This document shows positions 1 to 8,542 of a stretch of 33,702 nucleotides of DNA, one piece after another. This DNA is from Bacteroidia bacterium. Lineage in GTDB: Bacteria > Bacteroidota > Bacteroidia > Bacteroidales > VadinHA17. The translations under genes and the position numbers were made by a program. Location of the stretch: NCBI GenBank assembly GCA_026391215.1, contig JAPLDX010000097.1, positions 1 to 33,702 of the forward strand, in the 5' to 3' direction. The notes below the pieces were generated by a model. It searched no databases. It was not told the DNA's origin and saw nothing but the letters and a program-made list of their open reading frames with translations. Numbering within the stretch: position 1 is the first letter of the stretch; each line of letters opens with the position of its first letter.

Positions 1-200
1 CTTAAGAACCATATTGTTTCATGAAACATAGATCTTGTAGCCATCTTTTTAGTAGTTAATAATGGATACCCTTCTCTAAGATCATATTCGTTTTGATACC
101 CAAATAAAGAGATAATCCCGGAACCTTTGCTTCCTCCTTTAAAATTTGAACGGTTAGAAGTTAAAATTGCTTTTGAATGATCTAAATATTGTTGCGCCAT
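1..200 (-). CDS. thyA: Thymidylate synthase, N-terminal 66 codons (runs off the left window edge); divergent
   Basis: Manual translation from the ATG at 200-198: MAQQYLDHSKAILTSNRSNFKGGSKGSGIISLFGYQNEYDLREGYPLLTTKKMATRSMFHETIWFL. QYLD, FG.Q..DL.EG.PLLTTKK and HE..WFL match the ThyA N-terminus. Not in the ORF track. Confidence 0.85.
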   Translation of the reverse strand, partial: MAQQYLDHSKAILTSNRSNFKGGSKGSGIISLFGYQNEYDLREGYPLLTTKKMATRSMFHETIWFL

Positions 201-260
201 TTTTTAATCAGTTAAAAATCAATACTATTTCATCATATAATAATTTATTTTAATGGTATA

Positions 261-327
261 ATGGAACCCACATGTAAAAGATTATTATAACTATGTGTTT
301 GTGTATTCAAATACATGTGGGTTTCAT
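261..327. repeat. 16-bp inverted repeat with a 35-nt spacer, upstream of thyA
   Basis: atggaacccacatgta (261-276) pairs with tacatgtgggtttcat (312-327): 15/16 Watson-Crick pairs plus one G-T. Confidence 0.75.
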
Positions 328-524
328 AAGGATAATTACAGTCTGGAAATTTTTTAAAAGTAGTCATTATTCCTGTTTGTTATCAGACTCCAAATGTTTA
401 CTGAATAGAAAATTATTAACAAAAGACGTTAATCGTTGTTCTTAAATCACCAGAAATCGTACAAATGAAAGAGAATAAGGACAAAGTTTATCCAGGCAAG
501 TCAATTTCCTTTGGTTCGAAAGTA

Positions 525-578
525 AAACGATCGTACGCTCAAACGATCAAACGCTCAAACGATCGCACGATCCACGAT
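525..578. repeat. Degenerate 8-bp tandem repeat, about 6.5 units
   Basis: aaacgatc gtacgctc aaacgatc aaacgctc aaacgatc gcacgatc cacgat. Confidence 0.85.
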
Positions 579-662
579 TTTTGATAAAGATTCTTACTGG
601 GTTTGTACTTTAAACATAAATAACTATTTTGCCGCCTCATTCAAAAACAAATACTTATAAAA

Positions 663-1937
663 ATGACAACAATAAGAATAAAGAAAATCGTTAGTAAGCT
701 TTTTATAATAAGCATATTCCTGCTTTTCGCCGGATATTCAGTAATAGCCCAGACTACCTTTGAGTGGCCCTCCTTCCATGGAGCCGACCGATCGAACAGG
801 TCGACTGAGACAGGTTTGCTGAAATCATGGCCTGAGCAGGGACCAGAGCTGGTTCAGACAATTTCAGGAATAGGTGAAGGGTACAGCTCGGTATCAATAG
901 CCGGCGGGATGATCTTCACTGCAGGGTCAGTGAACAGCCAGCCTTATCTATATGCTTTCGACATGAGCGGCAAGCTTGCCTGGAAGAGACCGGCAGGCAA
1001 AGCCTGGTCAACAAACATGTCGTGGGCCAGCACATACACCGGACCAAGAAGCACTCCCACGTATGATAAAGGAGTTGTTTATTTCCTTGGTGAAATGGGA
1101 CTTCTCATGGCATTTGATGCAAAGACAGGAAAAGAGATCTGGCAGGTCGACCTTGCAAAAGAATATGATGCCCCTCCCACAGATTATGGCTATGCCGAAT
1201 CAGTACTGATCGACGGTAATAAGCTGTATGTAAGACCGGCAGGCAAAAAAGGTCACCAGGTATGCCTCGACAAAAATACCGGGAAACAATTATGGGCTAA
1301 CACACAGATCCCCGGAGCTGCAGGATATACTTCACCTGTGATATGTGATATAGCTGGTATCCGTCAGGTTATCGGAGGAAGCTCAGTTTGTTATTATGGC
1401 GCTGATGCTGCTACCGGCCGGCTTCTCTGGAAAGTGGATGCCGTAAACGGGCAATCGCTGAATATTAATAATGTGATAGTTAACGGGAACAACATCTTCA
1501 TCTCAACGGGATATGAACTGGGATGCATGCTTTACAAGCTCAATGTAAAAGGAAATGAGATAGTCCCGGAAAAGATATGGAACGCAGCAATCATGGATAA
1601 CAATCATGGCGGAGTAGTATATTACAATGGTTATGTTTATGGATCGGGCAGCAGTGTCAGGGGCTGGTACTGCATCGACTATATGACCGGCGGGCAGAAG
1701 TGGAGGTCAACAAGCGACGAGGGAACGATAACCTTTGCCGACGGCATGCTCTATGCCCTCGACCAGCGCGGCATCATTAAGCTCCTCAAAGCATCACCCG
1801 AAAAGTATGAAGTTGCCGGCTCATTCAAGCTCCCTTCCGGAGGCAAAGGCAGCTACTGGGCACATCCGGTCGTCTGTAACAAAAGACTGTATATAAGGCA
1901 TGATGATAAGATATTCGTGTATGATGTAGGGAAATAA
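663..1937 (+). CDS. Secreted PQQ-binding-like beta-propeller protein (BamB/PQQ_2-like repeats)
   Basis: Signal peptide, then WPSFHGADR...GLLKSWPEQGP. Repeated AxDxxTGKxxW blades (AFDAKTGKEIW, CLDKNTGKQLW, GADAATGRLLW). C-terminal WAHPVV..KRLYIRH. Confidence 0.85.
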   Translation: MTTIRIKKIVSKLFIISIFLLFAGYSVIAQTTFEWPSFHGADRSNRSTETGLLKSWPEQGPELVQTISGIGEGYSSVSIAGGMIFTAGSVNSQPYLYAFDMSGKLAWKRPAGKAWSTNMSWASTYTGPRSTPTYDKGVVYFLGEMGLLMAFDAKTGKEIWQVDLAKEYDAPPTDYGYAESVLIDGNKLYVRPAGKKGHQVCLDKNTGKQLWANTQIPGAAGYTSPVICDIAGIRQVIGGSSVCYYGADAATGRLLWKVDAVNGQSLNINNVIVNGNNIFISTGYELGCMLYKLNVKGNEIVPEKIWNAAIMDNNHGGVVYYNGYVYGSGSSVRGWYCIDYMTGGQKWRSTSDEGTITFADGMLYALDQRGIIKLLKASPEKYEVAGSFKLPSGGKGSYWAHPVVCNKRLYIRHDDKIFVYDVGK

Positions 1938-1942
1938 AGGTA

Positions 1943-1971
1943 TGACGGTGCGACAACACGACATCCACGAT
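1943..1971. repeat. Degenerate 8-bp tandem repeat
   Basis: tgacggtg cgacaaca cgacatcc acgat, immediately after the stop at 1937. Confidence 0.45.
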
Positions 1972-1994
1972 AATTAAAAAAGCTACTTAAGAAT

Positions 1995-3734
1995 ATGAGG
2001 ATCAAAAAATTAATTATCACAGCAGCAGTAATTATTCTAAACACATCAATAATAAATGCGCAGGAAGTATTTGAAGCTGCAAGAACAGGTAACCTGGGAA
2101 AAATTAAGGAACTTTATGCTAAAGATCCGCTCATTATCAAATCAAAAACAATTACAGGTGAAACTCCTTTGCATATAGCCGCTTTTGCAGGTAAAAAGGA
2201 TATTGCAGGTTTCCTTATCGCAAAAGGGGCAGAACTAAATGTGAAAGATGCCTCAAACAATACCCCTCTGACCAATGCCATCAGATCTAAGAATTTTGAA
2301 ACAGTAAAGGTTATTGTTGATAATGGCGCTGGTGTCAATGAAAGGGGCCTTTGGAATTTTCTTCCCATTCAGGTTGCCGCTGAATTTACTTCAAACGATA
2401 TTGTAAATTACCTGATTGATAAAGGGGCCGATATTCCTGTGGAACCGGGGGAGGTTTCATATCAGCTTTTGAATGCTGCCTGTTCCAGGGGTCTTACAAA
2501 GCTCTTCGAAACGATGATGGAAAAAGGATTCGACCTTCAGTTAAATCAATATACCAGGAATCTTCTTCATATGTCCGCGGCCGGAGGATCGGAAAAAATT
2601 GTGGAATTGCTCATATCAAAAGGTTTCAAAGTGATGTCGGGCGACGGATACGGATGGTCACCACTTCACAGTGCAGCTGAAAAGGGAAATCTAAATGTCG
2701 CTGAGATACTTTTGAAAAATGGAGCGGATATAAACGACAGAAGTGTTTCCGGATTTACACCCTACAATCTTGCCGATAAATTCGGACACCAGGATGTCTG
2801 CGAACTTCTGAAATCGAAAGGAGCTGATATTTCTGATCAGAAATTTCCGGTTCTTACGGGCAATTACCTTGGTCAGAAAGAGCCTGACACTATTCCAAGA
2901 CCATTCGCAGTTGACATCGTGACCACAAAATATATGGTACACGGTAATATTACCTTTAATCCGGAAGGAGATGAGGCATACTGGTCACCATTTTTACCAG
3001 TTTCAAATTCATTGGATGATGCCGGTCAGATCCTGACAATGAGAAAAATAAACGGGCAATGGAGTAAACCAGAACTGGCATCTTTTTCAAAAATCGGTTA
3101 TCAGGATGATTCCCCGTCTTTTTCACCAGACGGGAAAAAACTCTTCTTCCTGTCGAGGAGATCTCTTAAACAGGGAGATCCTAATTCTACCAAAGAGAAT
3201 ATATGGTTTGTTACCAGGGAAGGAAACGCATGGTCCGTCCCAGAACCGCTGACTATTGTTAACTCTCTCAATATGCACTGGCAGATATCGGTGGACAAGA
3301 AGGGTAATCTATATTTCGCAGCACGTGATCCTGATGGGAAAAAGTTCGGTGAAATATTCTGCTCGAAATTTTTCAACGGCGAATATCAGGAGCCTGAAAG
3401 ATTAGGGACGGTTGTGAATTCTGAAGACTATGAAGGATCACCCTACATATCACCTGATGGAGATTATCTGTTGTTTGAACGTGCCTCTAAATTCGGGCAA
3501 CAGATGGGTTTGTTTATCTCTTTCTATAATAATGACGGTTCGTGGGATGTACCAATACCAATTACCGAAATTGCCAGAATAAGCCCGTACAGCCAGGGTG
3601 GAAAGGTATCTGCCGATGGCAGATTTCTTTTCTACGTTGCACCATACACAGGTGAATTTGGTGTTTACTGGATCAAAGCTGATTTTATCAACATGATGAA
3701 AAATACTCCGGCCATTGGTGATCAAGGCCACTGA
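1995..3734 (+). CDS. Secreted ankyrin-repeat plus PD40/TolB-like beta-propeller protein
   Basis: Signal peptide. Ankyrin motifs GETPLHIAA, NNTPLTNAI and GWSPLHSAA. Linker FPVLTGNYLGQKEP. PD40 motifs SPSFSPDGKKLFF, PYISPDGDYLLF and VSADGRFLFY. Confidence 0.85.
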   Translation: MRIKKLIITAAVIILNTSIINAQEVFEAARTGNLGKIKELYAKDPLIIKSKTITGETPLHIAAFAGKKDIAGFLIAKGAELNVKDASNNTPLTNAIRSKNFETVKVIVDNGAGVNERGLWNFLPIQVAAEFTSNDIVNYLIDKGADIPVEPGEVSYQLLNAACSRGLTKLFETMMEKGFDLQLNQYTRNLLHMSAAGGSEKIVELLISKGFKVMSGDGYGWSPLHSAAEKGNLNVAEILLKNGADINDRSVSGFTPYNLADKFGHQDVCELLKSKGADISDQKFPVLTGNYLGQKEPDTIPRPFAVDIVTTKYMVHGNITFNPEGDEAYWSPFLPVSNSLDDAGQILTMRKINGQWSKPELASFSKIGYQDDSPSFSPDGKKLFFLSRRSLKQGDPNSTKENIWFVTREGNAWSVPEPLTIVNSLNMHWQISVDKKGNLYFAARDPDGKKFGEIFCSKFFNGEYQEPERLGTVVNSEDYEGSPYISPDGDYLLFERASKFGQQMGLFISFYNNDGSWDVPIPITEIARISPYSQGGKVSADGRFLFYVAPYTGEFGVYWIKADFINMMKNTPAIGDQGH

Positions 3735-3780
3735 CTTTTCCACATATCTTCATTTCCTTGCCACTTAAAATGTTATTTTA

Positions 3781-5190
3781 CTATTTCTTTGGCATTAACT
3801 CTTTAATAATTTTTGCAGATACCCAGTAGGACATACCATCATTTCCAACAAAGAAAATATATTTACCATCAGGGCTTATCCGGGGTTGGTTTCCGTCCAT
3901 AATAAGCTTTTCGCCAAGGTCTTTTGGTTCTGTCCAACTATTATCTTTATTCTTGAAACTAATGTATATCGAAAAGATACGTGGATTTGTTGATCCCCTT
4001 GGATGTATCCTGGCAAACAAGATATAGTCACCATCAGGAGAGATTGCAGGACCAAAAACTGCATCATCCAGAACTACATTTTTGAAAATCAATACAGGTT
4101 CCAGATATTTACCATTATTACATTTTGAGTAGTATATTCCTCCCGTATTTTCTTTACCCCTTAAATCACCTCCGAAATAAAGATTATTCTGCCTGTCAAG
4201 TGAAAACTGCCAGTGAACAGTGTATTTGTTAAAGATGGTATCAAGTAACACAGGATCAGACCAACCATTAGAGGTCTGTTCTACAAAATAAAATTTCTCC
4301 ATTTCATCAAATGCTTCATTACCCCCAACATATCCTTGAAAATATAATCTTTTGCCATCAAAGGAATAATAAGGACATCTGTGACTAAACTCCTTATCCA
4401 AAAACCTGACTTCAGATGGATTGGTCCACTTCCCTTTTATGTATCTTGTGGTAATAAATCCACCGTGATTTTGGAACTCATTTCTTTCATTGAGAGTCCA
4501 GCAAGCTTCGTTAAAATCGGGAGAAAAAACGATATTTGCATAAACACGTGAATGTGTACTTACGATTCCCTGAGCAAATATTTCCGGCTTCAGACCCGGT
4601 TCTCTCTGACCAAGATATTTTGTTGTCAGATCGGGAAAAACCTGGGGACCTATATCAGCTTTTGCACTTGAAAGCATCTGAATAATAGTATCTAACTTCC
4701 CTTTTTCTGCAATGTTATAAGCTGTTTGACCAAGAATGTTTCTACTATTAAAATTACATGACCTGGATAATAAAAGTTCAACAATCTTTGTAAATCCATT
4801 ATATGCAGCCAGATGGAGAGGTGTATCTCCATTAACGTTTTGGATAGTTGGATCAGCATTATTTAAAAGCAGCAAATCAACACTTTGGGCATAACCATTA
4901 ACTACTGAGAAATGAAGAGGTGTATCACCATTGGTGTTCTTTGGAGACGGATTGGCTCCTTTGCTAAGTAGATATTTAATAATATCAATATAATTCCTGT
5001 TTGCAGCTAAGTGAAGGGGTGTATTATTTGCAGCATTTTTAACATTTGCTAAAGACGAATCAGATTGTACTAATTCTTTAATTTTATTCAGATTATTGTT
5101 CCTTACTGCATCGAAAATCTCCTGTGTATAAGCTGTGATTGTTAAGATCAGGAGCATTGCCGATAACAAAATTGATTTTATAGTTTTCAT
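3781..5190 (-). CDS. Secreted ankyrin-repeat plus PD40/TolB-like protein (paralog of 1995..3734)
   Basis: Signal peptide. NNTPLHLAA, GDTPLHFSV and GDTPLHLAA. Linker FPDLTTKYLGQREP. PAISPDGDYILF and PRISPDGKYIFF. Confidence 0.85.
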   Translation of the reverse strand: MKTIKSILLSAMLLILTITAYTQEIFDAVRNNNLNKIKELVQSDSSLANVKNAANNTPLHLAANRNYIDIIKYLLSKGANPSPKNTNGDTPLHFSVVNGYAQSVDLLLLNNADPTIQNVNGDTPLHLAAYNGFTKIVELLLSRSCNFNSRNILGQTAYNIAEKGKLDTIIQMLSSAKADIGPQVFPDLTTKYLGQREPGLKPEIFAQGIVSTHSRVYANIVFSPDFNEACWTLNERNEFQNHGGFITTRYIKGKWTNPSEVRFLDKEFSHRCPYYSFDGKRLYFQGYVGGNEAFDEMEKFYFVEQTSNGWSDPVLLDTIFNKYTVHWQFSLDRQNNLYFGGDLRGKENTGGIYYSKCNNGKYLEPVLIFKNVVLDDAVFGPAISPDGDYILFARIHPRGSTNPRIFSIYISFKNKDNSWTEPKDLGEKLIMDGNQPRISPDGKYIFFVGNDGMSYWVSAKIIKELMPKK

Positions 5191-5268
5191 TTGCTATTCA
5201 TTTTTAATTCTCCTCATTCCTTTGGTCTTAATTCCTCAATAACTTTTGATTAATAACTATTATATTAT

Positions 5269-6132
5269 CTATGGTAAACTTTTAAGTTTTTCTTTTATAA
5301 TATCTGTTTGCTTTTGAACATTTATGTTTCCCTTAATTTTTAGAATATCAAATGGATCTGTTTTTAAATAGGATAATAACCTTTGCCTTGATACATAAAG
5401 CGAATCCAGAACTGATTTAGGTAAATCTCCTGGTTGAGGTTGATGATGAATTGAATTTTCTGATCCATAAATATTGCCAAATAGAATTGGTATACCAACA
5501 ATATCTGATCCTCTATAATACTTGAAACCTTTGGCATTTCTATCTAAATCTATTGTCAATATTTTTTTAATAGGAACATGCTCAGGCAATAATGGGGGAT
5601 TCGTCCCAAAATGTTTTCTGAATTCCCCTTTAAATAATCCAAAATGCAAATGCTCTATTCCTCCGGCAAGACCGGTTTTTCCAACTACACCCAAAATGGT
5701 TCCAGAACTTACTTTTTGGCCAACATTTATAAAAATTTTGTCCATGTGGGCATATAATGTAAAAAAATGATTTTTATGTTCAATTATCACATAATTTCCC
5801 CAACCCCATCCACCTTCAGGAAAATCTTTATTGGGTAATGCTGTTGTAAAAATATCAGCGATTTCCCCATCTGCTGATGCGACAATTTCCAGATTCTTAA
5901 ATGTATTATTTAGAAAATCTAAAGAGTAACAACAGTTTATCTTATTAAGACTATGAGAAAAACCTTCTGGCGATAAATTCCCTTGTACACAAAGAACTAC
6001 AACACCTGAACTAAAAGGCATCCGCAAGTAAGGTTCATATGAATTGAGCGATTTATTCGTTATGTTACTTTGAATAATCCCTGGATTACTACAGCTTATT
6101 GTAAGAATCGAAAATACAATTAATTTATTCAT
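5269..6132 (-). CDS. M23-family metallopeptidase, probable lipoprotein
   Basis: QG...FSH...YSLDF, VASADG, GNYVIIEH, TLYAHM, VGQKVSSG.ILG.VGKTG and HLHF zinc motifs. N-terminal LTISC lipobox-like sequence. Confidence 0.85.
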   Translation of the reverse strand: MNKLIVFSILTISCSNPGIIQSNITNKSLNSYEPYLRMPFSSGVVVLCVQGNLSPEGFSHSLNKINCCYSLDFLNNTFKNLEIVASADGEIADIFTTALPNKDFPEGGWGWGNYVIIEHKNHFFTLYAHMDKIFINVGQKVSSGTILGVVGKTGLAGGIEHLHFGLFKGEFRKHFGTNPPLLPEHVPIKKILTIDLDRNAKGFKYYRGSDIVGIPILFGNIYGSENSIHHQPQPGDLPKSVLDSLYVSRQRLLSYLKTDPFDILKIKGNINVQKQTDIIKEKLKSLP

Positions 6133-6164
6133 TTAGATTTTGATAAATTGGTAATATGTGTGTA

Positions 6165-6647
6165 TTACTCCTTTGCAAATGAATAATGCATCTGGACAAT
6201 AACCCATTTTCCCTCTCTTTTTTCAAGCACACCGGTCCAGCGGGTGTTCATCCAGCTGGCAGGCTGTCCGTCCCATTCATTTATATCGTTCAGCATACAA
6301 TAATACCATGCAACTGTTCCATTGCCTGACAGGCTGATCTTAAGATCCCATATCTCACAACTCACTGCTTTAAATCGTGGATCGAGCCAGAACTTTTCCG
6401 CCTTTCTGAAATCTTTGATACCTCTCACTACTCTGTTTTCCGGATCAACTTCGATAAAGTCCGAATCATTTGCAATAATGCTGTATAATAAGGCTATATC
6501 CTTCCTCTGTGCCCACTCGATAGAGTTTTTTATTATTTTTTCAATTGCAATTTTCTCCTCCTTGATTCTGGTAATTGGGTCATCCTTTTTTAGCTGACAA
6601 GAATAAGTGCATAAAAGAAGCAGCAGGATTTTAAGAATTGTTTTCAT
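6165..6647 (-). CDS. NTF2/SnoaL-like domain lipoprotein
   Basis: Lipobox-like TYSC. GTVAW and RWTGVLEKREGKWVIVQMHYS are typical of the SnoaL_3/NTF2 fold. Confidence 0.8.
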   Translation of the reverse strand: MKTILKILLLLLCTYSCQLKKDDPITRIKEEKIAIEKIIKNSIEWAQRKDIALLYSIIANDSDFIEVDPENRVVRGIKDFRKAEKFWLDPRFKAVSCEIWDLKISLSGNGTVAWYYCMLNDINEWDGQPASWMNTRWTGVLEKREGKWVIVQMHYSFAKE

Positions 6648-6700
6648 GCAGATTTAATTAATATTCTGATGTAAAATTATACTGAGTCAACTCGTAACAG

Positions 6701-6755
6701 GTCTTAACTTATAAGTCTGGATACCATTTTGAGTCATAACTTCTAAGTTAGGATA
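6701..6755. promoter_or_regulatory. Two tandem 23-bp dyad sites with a 32-bp period; putative operator of the adjacent AraC regulator
   Basis: gtcttaacttataagtctggata (6701-6723) versus gtcataacttctaagttaggata (6733-6755), 19/23 identical. Internal dyads acttataagt and taactt-ct-aagtta. Confidence 0.6.
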
Positions 6756-6800
6756 GTATTTAATGAAATATTTGTGAAATTTGCATTATATATTCAAGCC

Positions 6801-7934
6801 ATGAAGGAAATTGCATTAATAGGCTTATCGCAGTCAATTTTTTTCGTAATTATTCTATTGCTAAAAAGGGACAAGCATTTAAAGGATTTCTTATTGACAG
6901 GATTTTTTTTGTGTATTGGATGCGAACTTCTATATAGATTTCTGCTGTTCGGCAATTCTTATTATTATCACAGCAGGTTAGTACTTTTGGATATTGTTTA
7001 TTGGGCTGTATTTGGGCCCATATTGCTATTCTATATTAAAAGTGTTATCGTTAGAAGACTTCAGTTCAAATTAATAAATCTGTTTCATTTACTCCCGTTA
7101 ATTATCAGTTTAGTAACAGTTTCAAACTATTTATTCAACAAATCATTCTACAATTCATTTTCTCATTTTTATAACTTACAAACAGGAATATTCAAAATCG
7201 GATTAAACATTTGGGAATTTTCATCACCTGTTTACCTTGTTTATGCAGTAGTTATTCTTATTAAGCATAAGAGAAACACAAAGAACTACTTTTCAAATAT
7301 TGAAAGAAAAGAATTAAATTGGCTATTCCTGCTAACCATAGGATTTACAGTATTTATTTATGTTACCTATTCACTATGGATCTTTTCAGAATTCTTTCCC
7401 CTGTCCCTTAGCTTGAAGATGCTCACAGTTGTTTTATGCGTATATGTTTTTGTTTTAGGAGTTTATGGTTACAGGCAGGAAAGCATTTTTCTTGAAAGGG
7501 CTTTTAAATCTAATGGAGAGAATCAAACAGATTCAAAACGCAGGTCATATCAAAAGACCTTCCTTGATCCTGATGAGCGAGAATTAATCAATCAGAAACT
7601 AATAGATATAATGCTGCAGGAGAAACCTTACCTGGAGAGCGAAATAACAATCAGCGATTTGGCGGCCAGACTAGGAATATCGGTGTACAAGTTATCACGT
7701 GTAATAAATGAAGATCATAACCATAATTTTTTTGATTTTATTAATACATACCGCGTAAATGAGGTTAAACTTTTGCTAACCAGCTCTAAAACAAATGATT
7801 CAAAAATTGAATCGATTGCTTACGATTGTGGCTTTAATTCAAAATCATCGTTTTATTCAATTTTTAAAAAGCATACTCATCTTACACCAACAGAATTTAA
7901 AGAAAAATTCCTGGTAAACAGTCAGATCTATTGA
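6801..7934 (+). CDS. Membrane-anchored AraC-family transcriptional regulator
   Basis: About 7 hydrophobic N-terminal segments. C-terminal EKPYLESEITISDLA...NFFDFINTYRV...IAYDCGFNSKSSFYSIFKKHTHLTPTEF. ATG 6801 preferred over GTG 6774. Confidence 0.9.
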   Translation: MKEIALIGLSQSIFFVIILLLKRDKHLKDFLLTGFFLCIGCELLYRFLLFGNSYYYHSRLVLLDIVYWAVFGPILLFYIKSVIVRRLQFKLINLFHLLPLIISLVTVSNYLFNKSFYNSFSHFYNLQTGIFKIGLNIWEFSSPVYLVYAVVILIKHKRNTKNYFSNIERKELNWLFLLTIGFTVFIYVTYSLWIFSEFFPLSLSLKMLTVVLCVYVFVLGVYGYRQESIFLERAFKSNGENQTDSKRRSYQKTFLDPDERELINQKLIDIMLQEKPYLESEITISDLAARLGISVYKLSRVINEDHNHNFFDFINTYRVNEVKLLLTSSKTNDSKIESIAYDCGFNSKSSFYSIFKKHTHLTPTEFKEKFLVNSQIY

Positions 7935-8003
7935 TCCTCTTTAATTGTAGTAAAGCCCAGATTTAGAATCGCTTTCCGATTTTTTAAATTCCGTCACCAG
8001 ATT

Positions 8004-8038
8004 AAAAATAAAAACCCGCAAGACATTGATCTTACAGG
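8004..8038 (-). terminator. Intrinsic terminator downstream of 8088..8420
   Basis: Minus strand reads cctgtaaga-tcaatg-tcttgcggg (9-bp stem with two G-U pairs) followed by tttttattttt. Confidence 0.55.
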
Positions 8039-8087
8039 ATTAACTTAAGAGTGAGTGTGGGAGTGAGTGCGAGAAAAAAGATAAGGT

Positions 8088-8420
8088 TTATCCGTGTAGA
8101 TTCATTTCCTGTGGTTCAAGATATCTGACCTCCTTCCCAGTTTTCTCCGCATACTCTATCTCACTCCTCGTTGATTCTCCGATATATCCACCCTTATTAA
8201 TTACAAGTATCTCGTCTGCCAGGTCAATTTTCCGCAAGTGCATGTCATCAAGCATCTTCTTGGTGCTTGTCAACCATACCTCCTCGTCGCCGGAATGGCC
8301 GAACAAACCAACGCTAATGACAATGTTGCCTTCCAGGGTGAGGCGTTTCTGCGTAGAGAGGAACTCGTCTTTGAATCGAGTACTACCGCAGAGAGTTACT
8401 ATTTTATAGCTGCCGATCAT
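8088..8420 (-). CDS. Small conserved protein, nucleoside 2-deoxyribosyltransferase-like/DUF4406-like fold
   Basis: IVTLCGSTRFK...LDDMHLRKIDLADEILVIN..GYIGESTRSEIEYA..GKEV follows the NDT-like beta-alpha pattern with a conserved Glu. Confidence 0.65.
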   Translation of the reverse strand: MIGSYKIVTLCGSTRFKDEFLSTQKRLTLEGNIVISVGLFGHSGDEEVWLTSTKKMLDDMHLRKIDLADEILVINKGGYIGESTRSEIEYAEKTGKEVRYLEPQEMNLHG

Positions 8421-8450
8421 GGTATGGAATTATGAGATAAATGTAGGTTA

Positions 8451-8478
8451 AATCGTGCAATCGTGCAATCGCACGATT
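8451..8478. repeat. 8-bp repeat with an inverted unit (hairpin)
   Basis: aatcgtgc aatcgtgc aatc gcacgatt; the last unit is the reverse complement of the first two. Confidence 0.7.
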
Positions 8479-8542
8479 ACAGGATTGTTTCAAAAATTTA
8501 TTAACTTGCTATTTATGAATTTTATAACTTATCCGAATAGTA

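Noticed and set aside
525-578. CRISPR-like repeats
   Set aside because: The units are 8 bp and contiguous, with no unique spacers and no cas genes in the window.
663-1937. PQQ-dependent dehydrogenase or true bamB
   Set aside because: Only propeller repeats are recognisable; there are no catalytic motifs, lipobox or bam/pqq context.
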